Shown piece after piece: positions 37,174 to 47,301 of a DNA stretch of 64,000 nt. The position numbers and the translations under genes were made by a program. The notes beneath the pieces were generated by a model. The model worked only from the letters and a program-made list of their open reading frames with translations, had not been told where the DNA came from and did no database searches. Source of the stretch: Patescibacteria group bacterium (lineage in GTDB: Bacteria; Patescibacteriota; Minisyncoccia; 2-02-FULL-40-12; IGHO2-01-FULL-4-A); contig JBBTSB010000004.1 of NCBI GenBank assembly GCA_038064915.1, positions 24,874 to 88,873 on the forward strand, given 5' to 3'. Position 1 is the stretch's first letter; each line of letters begins with the position of its first letter.

Positions 37174-37389
37174 ATGTCGTATGGCATACTGACCCACGTT
37201 CCGTGTAACGAGCGGAACTTCGATACTCATGGCCGCGAGCTTCGCTGCGTGTCGAAGGCGGGACACCTCGATGACCAGATTGGACATCGGTTCGAGTACC
37301 TGAACGAGGCCGAGAAGCCTCAGCCCGAGCCTCCTGAGCCACCACGTGGATGGGCACAGATGGGCCCGACGATGGGCTGGCTCACGTAA
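37174..37389 (+). CDS. Orphan 71-aa protein downstream of the Trp attenuator
   Basis: SD AAGGAG; followed by hairpin CCGCGGAGG-GGAGA-CCTTCCGCGG and a T-rich tract. Confidence 0.65.
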   Translation: MSYGILTHVPCNERNFDTHGRELRCVSKAGHLDDQIGHRFEYLNEAEKPQPEPPEPPRGWAQMGPTMGWLT

Positions 37390-37549
37390 TTCCGTTCCAT
37401 TGAGCGGTCCAACCGCTCAACTGCGCCGCGGAGGGGAGACCTTCCGCGGCTGTTTTATTTTTCAAGTAAAAAAAACCGCTCATGGGCGGAAAATAATATC
37501 TAGCAGGGGCGGGGGTAGGACAAAACACTGTACTACCCCGCGCCCCCTA

Positions 37550-37711
37550 TCAGGTACTGGTTGCCCGGGCTTCTGCGCCCGGTTTTCCCTCCGTTGTGTC
37601 GGGGTTGTCCTTTGGAGGCGGAGTGTACCGCCTCTTCACCTCAGCGTGACGGGCCTTCTTGCGAAGATCCGCCTCCCCGAGGTCATCCATGCCTTCTCCG
37701 TAAACGGGCAT
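37550..37711 (-). CDS. Orphan 53-aa protein MPVYGEGMDDLGEADLRKKARH...
   Basis: Upstream TATAAT promoter, SD-like AGGGGG, long 3' hairpin at about 37502-37549 and a terminator near 37469-37489. Confidence 0.55.
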   Translation of the reverse strand: MPVYGEGMDDLGEADLRKKARHAEVKRRYTPPPKDNPDTTEGKPGAEARATST

Positions 37712-37813
37712 GTTTCCCCCTACATTGTCGAGCTACTCGCGCGATAGCCCGAGATTGGCGAGTTTCTACGCGATAATCCATTATAGAACTGACATTATCA
37801 ACAAGTAAAGCGT

Positions 37814-37840
37814 TTGGCACTCACCCCTTGACAGTGCCAA
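37814..37840 (+). promoter_or_regulatory. CIRCE (HrcA operator) at the groES promoter
   Basis: TTGGCACTC-N9-CAGTGCCAA; TTGACA(37828)-17-TAAGAT(37851). Confidence 0.88.
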
Positions 37841-37865
37841 CGCATTTTACTAAGATACACATACT

Positions 37866-38151
37866 ATGAAAATCAAACCACTTCATGACCGGGTGCTTCT
37901 CGAGGCGGTAAAAGAGGAGCGCAAAAAGGGCGGAATCATTTTGCCCGAGACGGTCGAAAAGGAACGTCCGCAGGAAGGTATCGTCATTGCCGTCGGTCCC
38001 GGCAAGTTTGACGAAGATGGGAAGCGTATGCCCATGACCCTCAAAAAGGGCGACAAGGTTTTGTTTACGAAGTATGGTCCATCAGAGGTCAAGGTGGACG
38101 ATAAGGAGTACTTGATAGCACGAGAAGACGATATTATAGCAGTAATTGAAT

Positions 38152-38153
<2 letters not shown>
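37866..38153 (+). CDS. groES: Co-chaperonin GroES
   Basis: MKIKPLHDRV, GGIILP, AVGPG. Confidence 0.98.
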
Positions 38154-39875
<1,722 letters not shown>

Positions 39876-39877
<2 letters not shown>

Positions 39878-39907
39878 GCGAAGCGAAACCCTGAGCCTGT
39901 CGAAGGG
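39876..39907 (+). repeat. REP-like element
   Basis: GAGCGAAGCGA followed by CCCTGAGCCTGTCGAAGGG, then a terminator-like hairpin at 39917-39952. Confidence 0.6.
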
Positions 39908-40023
39908 CTAACAACCTCACAAGCCTCACAGAAATGCTGGGCTTGTGGGTTTAAATTCCAAAAACTCGAAACCCCGCGGCCGTTCACTTTTAGCAAACCG
40001 GTTATCGCAGGGTCGAGGTACTA

Positions 40024-40137
40024 CTAGTCTTTCGGAGGCAAAAGCCCCGCGAAGGCGATGTTTCGACGAAGCCATTTCCGTTCTTCGGGTGGGGTTTCTT
40101 CCCACCGCCGAAGTACTTCCTTGTCGTCAACGCTCAT
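40024..40137 (-). CDS. Leaderless 37-aa orphan peptide MSVDDKEVLRRWEETPPEERKWLRRNIAFAGLLPPKD
   Basis: TTGCAA-18-TATACT-5 nt-ATG; double TAG stop; GC hairpin plus T-run downstream. Confidence 0.6.
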   Translation of the reverse strand: MSVDDKEVLRRWEETPPEERKWLRRNIAFAGLLPPKD

Positions 40138-40198
40138 GCTTTTAGTATAGATCCAATTTTAAAATCTTTGCAAGCACGGACTTGCAGCGTTTAGGGTT

Positions 40199-40972
40199 GT
40201 GGTTATGATGGTTTTCAGATATCTTAAAAAAATGCCTCACTCGATAAAAATTGCATTTTTTGTATTTCTTCTCTTAATTGCAACGGGAACATATTTTTTA
40301 TTTCACTCGCCTCAAGGCATCCCTGTCACTGAGATAACCATTGACGACATTGAATATCAAACGGCGGAATATCCCAATGGAGCAACTGGATACGCAATTT
40401 CATGGCCGCAATGTGGAGGGGAGTATCCTCGAATGCCTTATGATTTTGGCATTATTGGAGTTACCAATGGGCATTCACTAAGTTATAATCCGTGTTTTAA
40501 ATCCGAGTTGATATGGGCGCAAAAAGCAAAATATCTTCCATCATTTTATCTGAACTTGGATTTTCCCTCTCGTATGCATGATACTCCGCCGCGTTCGTAT
40601 GGATATCGTACGGCCCAAGACGCATATGAATTTGCGAAATCTCAGGGTGTCGAAGGTGGTACTTGGTGGCTTGATGTACAAATCATGAGCCGGTGGTCAT
40701 CGGATAAAGCCACCAATGCTCAAATTGTTCTCGGTGCAATTGAATACTTTAACGAGCAAAATGTTTTTATTGGTCTTTCTACGACGCCCTACCAGTGGCA
40801 TGAGGTGGTAGGAGATTTACAAACAAACCTACCCAATTGGATTCCCGGGCGAGCCAACAAGGAAGCGGCGGCAACATACTGTACCGAAGGAATAAGTTAC
40901 TCCGGAGGCCCTGTGCTTCAGCTTGCATATATCGAAAACGGTTTTGAGGCAGTTTACTCATGCGGGCAGTAG
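40199..40972 (+). CDS. Membrane-anchored GH25/DUF1906-like glycoside hydrolase fold protein
   Basis: N-terminal TM; ISWPQC, FGIIGV..G, WWLDV, W..VVG; start may be ATG 40232. Confidence 0.65.
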   Translation: MVMMVFRYLKKMPHSIKIAFFVFLLLIATGTYFLFHSPQGIPVTEITIDDIEYQTAEYPNGATGYAISWPQCGGEYPRMPYDFGIIGVTNGHSLSYNPCFKSELIWAQKAKYLPSFYLNLDFPSRMHDTPPRSYGYRTAQDAYEFAKSQGVEGGTWWLDVQIMSRWSSDKATNAQIVLGAIEYFNEQNVFIGLSTTPYQWHEVVGDLQTNLPNWIPGRANKEAAATYCTEGISYSGGPVLQLAYIENGFEAVYSCGQ

Positions 40973-41073
40973 CAGAAGAAATGCGGGGCAGGTTTGCTGC
41001 GTTTAGATAGACTTTTCTCATATTTTTTGCGATACTGACCCCGTCCAGGCTAGAGCTTGGCGGAGGAGGGAAT

Positions 41074-41250
41074 ATGTCACCGGTGCGAGCAATTATGGGG
41101 GTGGCGGGTGCGCTCGTAGCATGCTTCAGTTTTCTTGGCATGATGAGCGGGATCGCTCCCGGATTCCTTTTTTACCTAGTCGCTTTTATCGTCGGCGGCG
41201 CATTGGTAGTGTACGCACTGCCGTCGCATTCCTACCCACCGAGACGATGA
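41074..41250 (+). CDS. Orphan 58-aa two-TM peptide
   Basis: TAGACT-17-GATACT promoter; SD GGAGGAGGG; MSPVRAIMGVAGALVACFSFLG... Confidence 0.65.
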   Translation: MSPVRAIMGVAGALVACFSFLGMMSGIAPGFLFYLVAFIVGGALVVYALPSHSYPPRR

Positions 41251-41393
41251 TACCAAACTGGACCCGGTGCTGGGCCGCGACAGCCGGAATGATTGCGGCC
41301 GGCTTCGGCGGGCACATCATCATCGCCACACTTTGCGGAATAGCGGCCCTGATATTCTGGGTTTGTTATCTCTGCGAGGACGAAGTTCGTTAA
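41247..41393 (+). CDS. Orphan 48-aa hydrophobic peptide
   Basis: ATGA overlap with the previous ORF; MIPNWTRCWAATAGMIAAGFGGHIIIATLCG...; hairpin CCGGGGT...ACCCCGG after the stop. Confidence 0.6.
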   Translation: MIPNWTRCWAATAGMIAAGFGGHIIIATLCGIAALIFWVCYLCEDEVR

Positions 41394-41457
41394 ACCGGGG
41401 TCGTCATGCCAAACAGGTGGACTACCCCGGGAGCTGTACTTGTGTTAGTATTTTAAT

Positions 41458-42390
41458 ATGGATATTCAAACAAAACCCAAGTCTGGTCCTCGCGACTTTT
41501 TTATACATTTACTGGGATTCGGGACGCTCTATGCAAGCGCGGTAAGTCTTATTTCACTTTGGTTTCAATACATCAATATCAAACTTCCTGATCCTCTGAA
41601 TCAATACTATTCATACGGATACGAGCAGCTTCGGGTGCCGATGGCGGTGCTTTTTGTGGTGTTTCCGGTATTTTTGTTTTTATCACGCTGGATGAACAGT
41701 AAGATCGCAGAGGATCCGGCAAGAAAAGAGCTTCGCATTTACAAATGGCTGGTGTACTTTACATTGTTTGTATCTGCGGTGACGGTAATCATCGATCTCA
41801 TCACGCTTATCTACAATTTTCTTGGAGGTGAGTTGACCGCACGATTCGGACTCAAGGTTCTCGTGGTGCTGATCGTAGCACTTGGCGTATTTGGCTATTA
41901 TCTGTGGAATTTGCGAGCTGATCTTGCGATGGCGCGAAGTAAACGCAAAGCGCTTTTTTGGGGAGCGATCGTGGCAATTGTCGGAAGCATCATTGCAGGA
42001 TTTGTGATTGTGGGTTCTCCTACGACAGCTCGAGCTCTGAGATTTGATGAGCGTCGAGTACAGGATTTGCAAAGCATCCAATGGCAAATTACCGATTACT
42101 GGCAGCGGACTGAAAAATTACCCACGGCACTTTCGGTGCTAGAAAATGAACTTGCTGGCTACACAAATCCTATGGATCCTGAAACGCAGGTTCTGTATGA
42201 GTATCGTGTAGTTAACCCACTCACGTTTGAATTGTGCGCAGTATTTACTACGGAAGGGACATGGCCGTCTAGGGAAAAATATCCTGCCGTTGTTCGTGTT
42301 CCGGAACAGTCGAATTGGAGCCACGAAGTCGGTCGTGCGTGTTTTGAAAGGACGATAGACCCCACACTCTACCCCAAGCCACTACGGTAA
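41458..42390 (+). CDS. DUF5671-like membrane protein with a pilin-like C-terminal domain
   Basis: PRDFF.HL, five TMs, GSP...R..RFDERRVQDLQ.I, DPET...YEY, FELCA.F. Confidence 0.7.
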   Translation: MDIQTKPKSGPRDFFIHLLGFGTLYASAVSLISLWFQYINIKLPDPLNQYYSYGYEQLRVPMAVLFVVFPVFLFLSRWMNSKIAEDPARKELRIYKWLVYFTLFVSAVTVIIDLITLIYNFLGGELTARFGLKVLVVLIVALGVFGYYLWNLRADLAMARSKRKALFWGAIVAIVGSIIAGFVIVGSPTTARALRFDERRVQDLQSIQWQITDYWQRTEKLPTALSVLENELAGYTNPMDPETQVLYEYRVVNPLTFELCAVFTTEGTWPSREKYPAVVRVPEQSNWSHEVGRACFERTIDPTLYPKPLR

Positions 42391-43559
42391 TGTTCGAGAT
42401 TCTCAAAAAAGATTCTAAATCAAACGCCCGTCTGGGCGTTTTGACGACACCGCATGGTGAGATCCACACGCCGGCGTTTTTGCCGATCGGTACCAAGGGT
42501 GCGGTGAAGGCGCTTACCAACGAAGAGCTCGTCGGCTTGGGCGCGGAAATCATCCTCGCAAACACCTACCACCTCATGGTGTCACCGGGAAGTGAAATCA
42601 TCCGCAAGGCAGGAGGGCTGCATAAATTTATGAATTGGGATCGGCCCATTTTTACGGACTCGGGTGGATATCAGGTGTTTAGTTTGGGTGAGAAAATCTC
42701 CTCCCGACCTCCCCTTAATGGTAAGGGGAGGAGCGAAGGGGATAGTGAAGTAGGAGCATTTAATAAAAAAATCAGCGAAGAAGGCGTGACGTTTCAATCC
42801 GGAATTGATGGGAGAGAGTTTACGCTTACTCCGGAGCATTCGGTGAAGGTACAGCAAGATCTCGGCAGTGATATCACTGTGGTGCTTGATGAATTTACAG
42901 GAGAAATTACCAATTATTTACGTGTAAAAGAAACCGTGGAGAGAACAACACGCTGGGCAAAGCGTTCCCGTGAGGCATTGAGAGGTGAAACCTCTCAATT
43001 GCAGTATGCGGTGGTGCAAGGGGCTATCTTTGAAGATTTGCGGAAACAGTCGGCGTTGGAATTGCGCGAAATGGATTTTGATGGGTATTGTATTGGCGGC
43101 GTGGCTGTGGGAGGAGAAACGAGTGAAGAGCAATACAAAGCAGTTGAGTACTCTCTTCCGCATTTGCCCGAAGACAAGCCTCGACATCTATTGGGCGTTG
43201 GTACTCCGGAGCAAATCATCGAAGCAGTAAAGCGCGGGATTGATACGTTTGATTGCGTCATTCCCACGAGAGAAGCTCGTCACGGGAAAATTTACTTAGG
43301 GGTGAAACCCCTAAACTCCGAATTGAGGGGTTTCACCCCTCAAACTTTGGACATCAGCAAAACAATTTTTAAAGAAGATTTTACTGCGCTCGATTCCACG
43401 TGTGACTGCGAAGCGTGTACGAAGTATACACGAGCCTATCTACATCATTTATTTAAATCCAGCGAAATATTGGCAATGCGACTACTCACGATGCATAATG
43501 TGAGATTTTATTTGCGACTTATGGAAAAGATACGGGAGGCGGTCGCCGCGTCGGGTTAG
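42390..43559 (+). CDS. tgt: tRNA-guanine(34) transglycosylase
   Basis: TPAFLPIGT, LANTYHL, TDSGGYQVFSL, FDCVIPTR, CDCEAC, HN. Confidence 0.97.
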   Translation: MFEILKKDSKSNARLGVLTTPHGEIHTPAFLPIGTKGAVKALTNEELVGLGAEIILANTYHLMVSPGSEIIRKAGGLHKFMNWDRPIFTDSGGYQVFSLGEKISSRPPLNGKGRSEGDSEVGAFNKKISEEGVTFQSGIDGREFTLTPEHSVKVQQDLGSDITVVLDEFTGEITNYLRVKETVERTTRWAKRSREALRGETSQLQYAVVQGAIFEDLRKQSALELREMDFDGYCIGGVAVGGETSEEQYKAVEYSLPHLPEDKPRHLLGVGTPEQIIEAVKRGIDTFDCVIPTREARHGKIYLGVKPLNSELRGFTPQTLDISKTIFKEDFTALDSTCDCEACTKYTRAYLHHLFKSSEILAMRLLTMHNVRFYLRLMEKIREAVAASG

Positions 43560-43583
43560 GACGGGCGACCGCTCTCGAGGGAG

Positions 43584-43766
43584 CTAGCGACGGGTGACGC
43601 TCATCAGACGAGGGAGGGGGATTTCGATTTCTCCTACGCCTGCAACGTCGACACGAACGCGGACCTGGGCGTTGCCGTTGTCCTTGTACCCTTTGTAGAC
43701 CACGGCGAGGGGTATCGTGACGACATCCCCCTCTTTTGCCTCCTGTAAGAACTGGTCGAGTATCAT
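43584..43766 (-). CDS. Orphan 60-aa beta-rich protein in an SD-led cassette
   Basis: Perfect SD AAGGAGGTG; MILDQFLQEAKEGDVVTIPLAVVYKG...; 3' hairpin overlaps the tgt stop. Confidence 0.7.
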   Translation of the reverse strand: MILDQFLQEAKEGDVVTIPLAVVYKGYKDNGNAQVRVRVDVAGVGEIEIPLPRLMSVTRR

Positions 43767-43811
43767 GCGCACCTCCTTGGACTTTATAGCTATATCATAT
43801 ATCATGGATGC

Positions 43812-44492
43812 ATGTCCAAACTTGTTTTTGATATAGAAACCATCGGTGAGGATTTTGATCTGATTGACGAGACCACCCAGGAAATTCTCACCAAGTACGA
43901 TGATGATATCGAAAAAGTAAAAAACGGCCTTGGATTTTCGCCGTTGACCGGACAAATCGTTTGTATTGGCGTGCTTGATGTTGAAAAAAACAGGGGCGCA
44001 CTGTATTATCAAGCGCCAGACGACGACTCCTCCTTCGCTAAAGCTTCGGAGGACGAGGCTTCTAATTTTAAATTTATCGTAGCCTCGGAAAAAGAAATGC
44101 TTGAAAAGTTTTGGCAGGGGATTACCGCGTACGATCAAGTAGTCAGCTTCAACGGTCGCGCCTTTGATGCTCCATTTCTTGCAATCCGCTCCGCCATCCA
44201 CAGCGTTCGTCCCTCAAAAAATCTCATTCCTTATCGTTACGCGACTGACACCAACCACATCGATCTCTACGATCAACTGACGTTTTATGGATCGAGTCGG
44301 AGCAAAGGGAATTTGCATATGTTTTGTCGGGCGTTTGGCATCAAAAGCCCGAAAGCTGACGGTGTCACTGGTGATGATGTGACGAGGCTCTTTAAGGAAA
44401 AAAAATACCTCGACATCGCCCGCTACAACGTCGGCGATCTCAAAGCCACGGCGGAACTCTACAAATATTGGAATGAATTTATTAGATTTTAA
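43812..44492 (+). CDS. PolB-like 3'-5' exonuclease (RNase H-like)
   Basis: VFDIET, SFNGRAFDAP, HIDL, YNVGD (DEDD). Confidence 0.88.
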   Translation: MSKLVFDIETIGEDFDLIDETTQEILTKYDDDIEKVKNGLGFSPLTGQIVCIGVLDVEKNRGALYYQAPDDDSSFAKASEDEASNFKFIVASEKEMLEKFWQGITAYDQVVSFNGRAFDAPFLAIRSAIHSVRPSKNLIPYRYATDTNHIDLYDQLTFYGSSRSKGNLHMFCRAFGIKSPKADGVTGDDVTRLFKEKKYLDIARYNVGDLKATAELYKYWNEFIRF

Positions 44493-47205
44493 AAAATATT
44501 ACCAGCAACTCAACAAAGAACAGCGTCTTGCTGTAGATTCAATCGAGGGGCCGGTAATGGTGATTGCTGGTCCCGGCACGGGGAAGACGCAGATATTGAC
44601 GCTCCGCATTGCAAATATTCTCCAGAGAACGGATATTCCTGCGGAGGCGATTTTGGCAGTGACATTTACGGAAGCTGGTGTGATTGCGATGCGAAAACGG
44701 CTTACTGAAATCATCGGCTCACAGGCCTACGAAGTCAATATCAATACTTTCCACGGCTTTGCGCAAAACGTCATACAAACCTACCCCGAATCATTTCCTC
44801 GCATCATTGGCTCGGTAAATATCACGGAAGCTGATCAGATCCGTATCATGGAAGAAATTTTGGAAGAAACGAAGGGATTGAAAATTTTGCGTCCTTTTGG
44901 TGACCGCTTGCACTATCTACGCGACGCTTTGCACGCGATTCAAACTCTCAAACGCGAAGGCCTAAGCGTGGAAGATTTTGAAAAAATCGTGGAACAAGCA
45001 GCAAAGGCCTATGATCCTGAAGAAATCAATACAAAAGCAGAGCGTATCAAACTGGAAAAACAAATAGAAAAAAACGCCGAGCTCGCCACGATTTACGGCG
45101 AATACGAGAAAAGATTAACCAAAGAAAAACTCTATGATTTTGACGATATGATCACCGAAGTGCTTGCAGCACTAATGACGAATGATGAATTACGAATGAT
45201 TTTGCAGGAGCAATATCAGTACGTGCTCGTAGATGAACATCAGGATACGAACAACGCACAGAATAGGATCTTGGAATTGTTGATGAGTTATCATGATGAT
45301 CCCAATCTTTTCATAGTAGGCGATGAGAAGCAGGCGATTTTTCGATTTCAGGGCGCGAGTCTCGAAAACTTTCACTATTTTAAAAATAAATTTCCGGAAG
45401 CAAAGCTCATTACGCTCACTGAAAATTATCGTTCTACGCAATCAATTCTCGATGCGGTAGCTACAAAATTAAGAGCACTTGCTGGACACAAGGAAAAAAA
45501 AATTCAACTTCTTGAGGCCAGTGATTCAGATAGCGAACTCTTTACAATTGCCAAGCTCATTAAAGCAAATGAAAACAGCGCTGTGCTCTATCGCGATAAT
45601 CGTGATGTAATCCCACTTGCGAGGATGTTTGATAAGCTCGGCATTCCCTACCACATTGAGTCTGACCTCGATATTTTGACTGATCCCGACATCCGTAAGT
45701 TGCTTCTCATTTTTCATGCCATTGAGCAGTTTGACAAAAAAGTCATCTACCTTGATCTTTGGGGAGTCGATGCTTTTGAGGCAGAACAGCATCTTCCTCG
45801 AATCCAGAAGCAACTTTCTCTGTGGAAGACCGTGGCGTACAACAAATCGCTCTTGGAACTGTTCGATACGGTGGTGCAGGAGTCGGGTCTTCTCAAGTCT
45901 ATCTTAGCTCGGCCAGATGCAGTCGAAGCCATTGAAAAACTGTCGGTTCTTCTCGATCAAATCCGTCGCATGCTCGAGGTGCATCCGGGAGCGAATTTGC
46001 AGGATTTTTTGGCGCAGCTTGACCGCATGGATCGCCATAGACTATCCATCAAGGGCGCACTAGCCGGTGCGCATCCAGGAAAAGTACGTCTCATGACCGC
46101 ACATCGCTCCAAGGGTCTTGAATTTGACTATGTCTATGTTATCAATGCGTATGATGGACATTGGGGGAATCGAAAGCGAGTAGAGAAATTAAAGTTATTG
46201 ATACCAGAACAACAAGGCGCAGATGATGATCGCAATCTTTTTTATGTCGCTCTAACGCGCGCTCGCAAAGAAATCACTATTAGCTACGCAAAGATGTCTC
46301 TCGATCAGCGTGAGCAGATTCCATCACAGTTTATAGGAGAACTCAAGCAAGAATTAATCGAAAAAATCGAAGAAGAAAAGTTTGACAAACAAATACTATT
46401 TTCACCATCACGGCACACGGGAGCGACGGATATCAAGAATTTGGATTTTGTCAGAGAATTATTTAAGAAACGGGGTTTTGCGGTTACACACCTGAATAAT
46501 TACATCGAATGTCCCTGGAAGTATTTCTTTGTAAACCTGCTGCGCGTCCCCAAGGCCCCCGAAGCTCCGCAGATGTATGGAACAGCAGTGCATGCGGCGT
46601 TGAGCGATATTTTGAATGCCGAAACAAAATCAAAAACATATCTCATTAGTCAATTTAAAAAGCACTTAGCTGTTCAACACCTAAGTGTACATGAGCGGGA
46701 GGATTATGAGGAGCGCGGAGTGGAGGCGTTAGGGAAATATTGGGATGAATATCATGCAACATGGACAAATCCAGTGCTGACGGAGTATAAAATAAAGGGT
46801 GTAGAACTGACGTCTGAAATCTTGCTTACGGGGAACTTAGATAAAATAGAATTACTCAATGACCACGATGTAATTGTAACTGATTTCAAGACAGGCAAAC
46901 CAAAAAGCAGAAACGAAATTATGGGGAAAACTCGCACAGGTGATGCAAGCTATTATCGACAACTGGTCTTTTATAACTTGCTTCTGAATAAACACAAGAA
47001 CGGCATGTATAAAATGCAAGCAGGGGAATTGGATTTTGTTGAACACGGGAGGAAAGAGCAATTTCGAATTACGAATGACGAATGTCGAAATTTGGAAAAA
47101 GAAATTAAAAGAGTTGCAAACGAGATACTAAATCTCAAATTCTGGAACAAAAAATGTGATGAAAAAAACTGCGAATGGTGCAGTTTGAGGGGGATGATGA
47201 AGTGA
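44473..47205 (+). CDS. UvrD/REP helicase fused to a PD-(D/E)XK nuclease
   Basis: AGPGTGKT, VDEHQD, VGDEKQAIF, ENYRS, TAHRSKGLEF, YVALTRA; GNLDKIE..DFKTG..QL.FY. Confidence 0.93.
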   Translation: MNLLDFKKYYQQLNKEQRLAVDSIEGPVMVIAGPGTGKTQILTLRIANILQRTDIPAEAILAVTFTEAGVIAMRKRLTEIIGSQAYEVNINTFHGFAQNVIQTYPESFPRIIGSVNITEADQIRIMEEILEETKGLKILRPFGDRLHYLRDALHAIQTLKREGLSVEDFEKIVEQAAKAYDPEEINTKAERIKLEKQIEKNAELATIYGEYEKRLTKEKLYDFDDMITEVLAALMTNDELRMILQEQYQYVLVDEHQDTNNAQNRILELLMSYHDDPNLFIVGDEKQAIFRFQGASLENFHYFKNKFPEAKLITLTENYRSTQSILDAVATKLRALAGHKEKKIQLLEASDSDSELFTIAKLIKANENSAVLYRDNRDVIPLARMFDKLGIPYHIESDLDILTDPDIRKLLLIFHAIEQFDKKVIYLDLWGVDAFEAEQHLPRIQKQLSLWKTVAYNKSLLELFDTVVQESGLLKSILARPDAVEAIEKLSVLLDQIRRMLEVHPGANLQDFLAQLDRMDRHRLSIKGALAGAHPGKVRLMTAHRSKGLEFDYVYVINAYDGHWGNRKRVEKLKLLIPEQQGADDDRNLFYVALTRARKEITISYAKMSLDQREQIPSQFIGELKQELIEKIEEEKFDKQILFSPSRHTGATDIKNLDFVRELFKKRGFAVTHLNNYIECPWKYFFVNLLRVPKAPEAPQMYGTAVHAALSDILNAETKSKTYLISQFKKHLAVQHLSVHEREDYEERGVEALGKYWDEYHATWTNPVLTEYKIKGVELTSEILLTGNLDKIELLNDHDVIVTDFKTGKPKSRNEIMGKTRTGDASYYRQLVFYNLLLNKHKNGMYKMQAGELDFVEHGRKEQFRITNDECRNLEKEIKRVANEILNLKFWNKKCDEKNCEWCSLRGMMK

Positions 47206-47301
47206 TGGTAGGGGGGATGAGTGCTCGGCACTTGGCGTCATCACACCCACCCCCAGGAGCAATTAGTTGTATAGTATAGAAAATATCGCTACACTGCAAG
47301 C

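Noticed and set aside
47206-47260. G/C-rich imperfect hairpin after the helicase stop as an ncRNA
   Set aside because: Short, with no promoter of its own; most likely a terminator-like or remnant structure.
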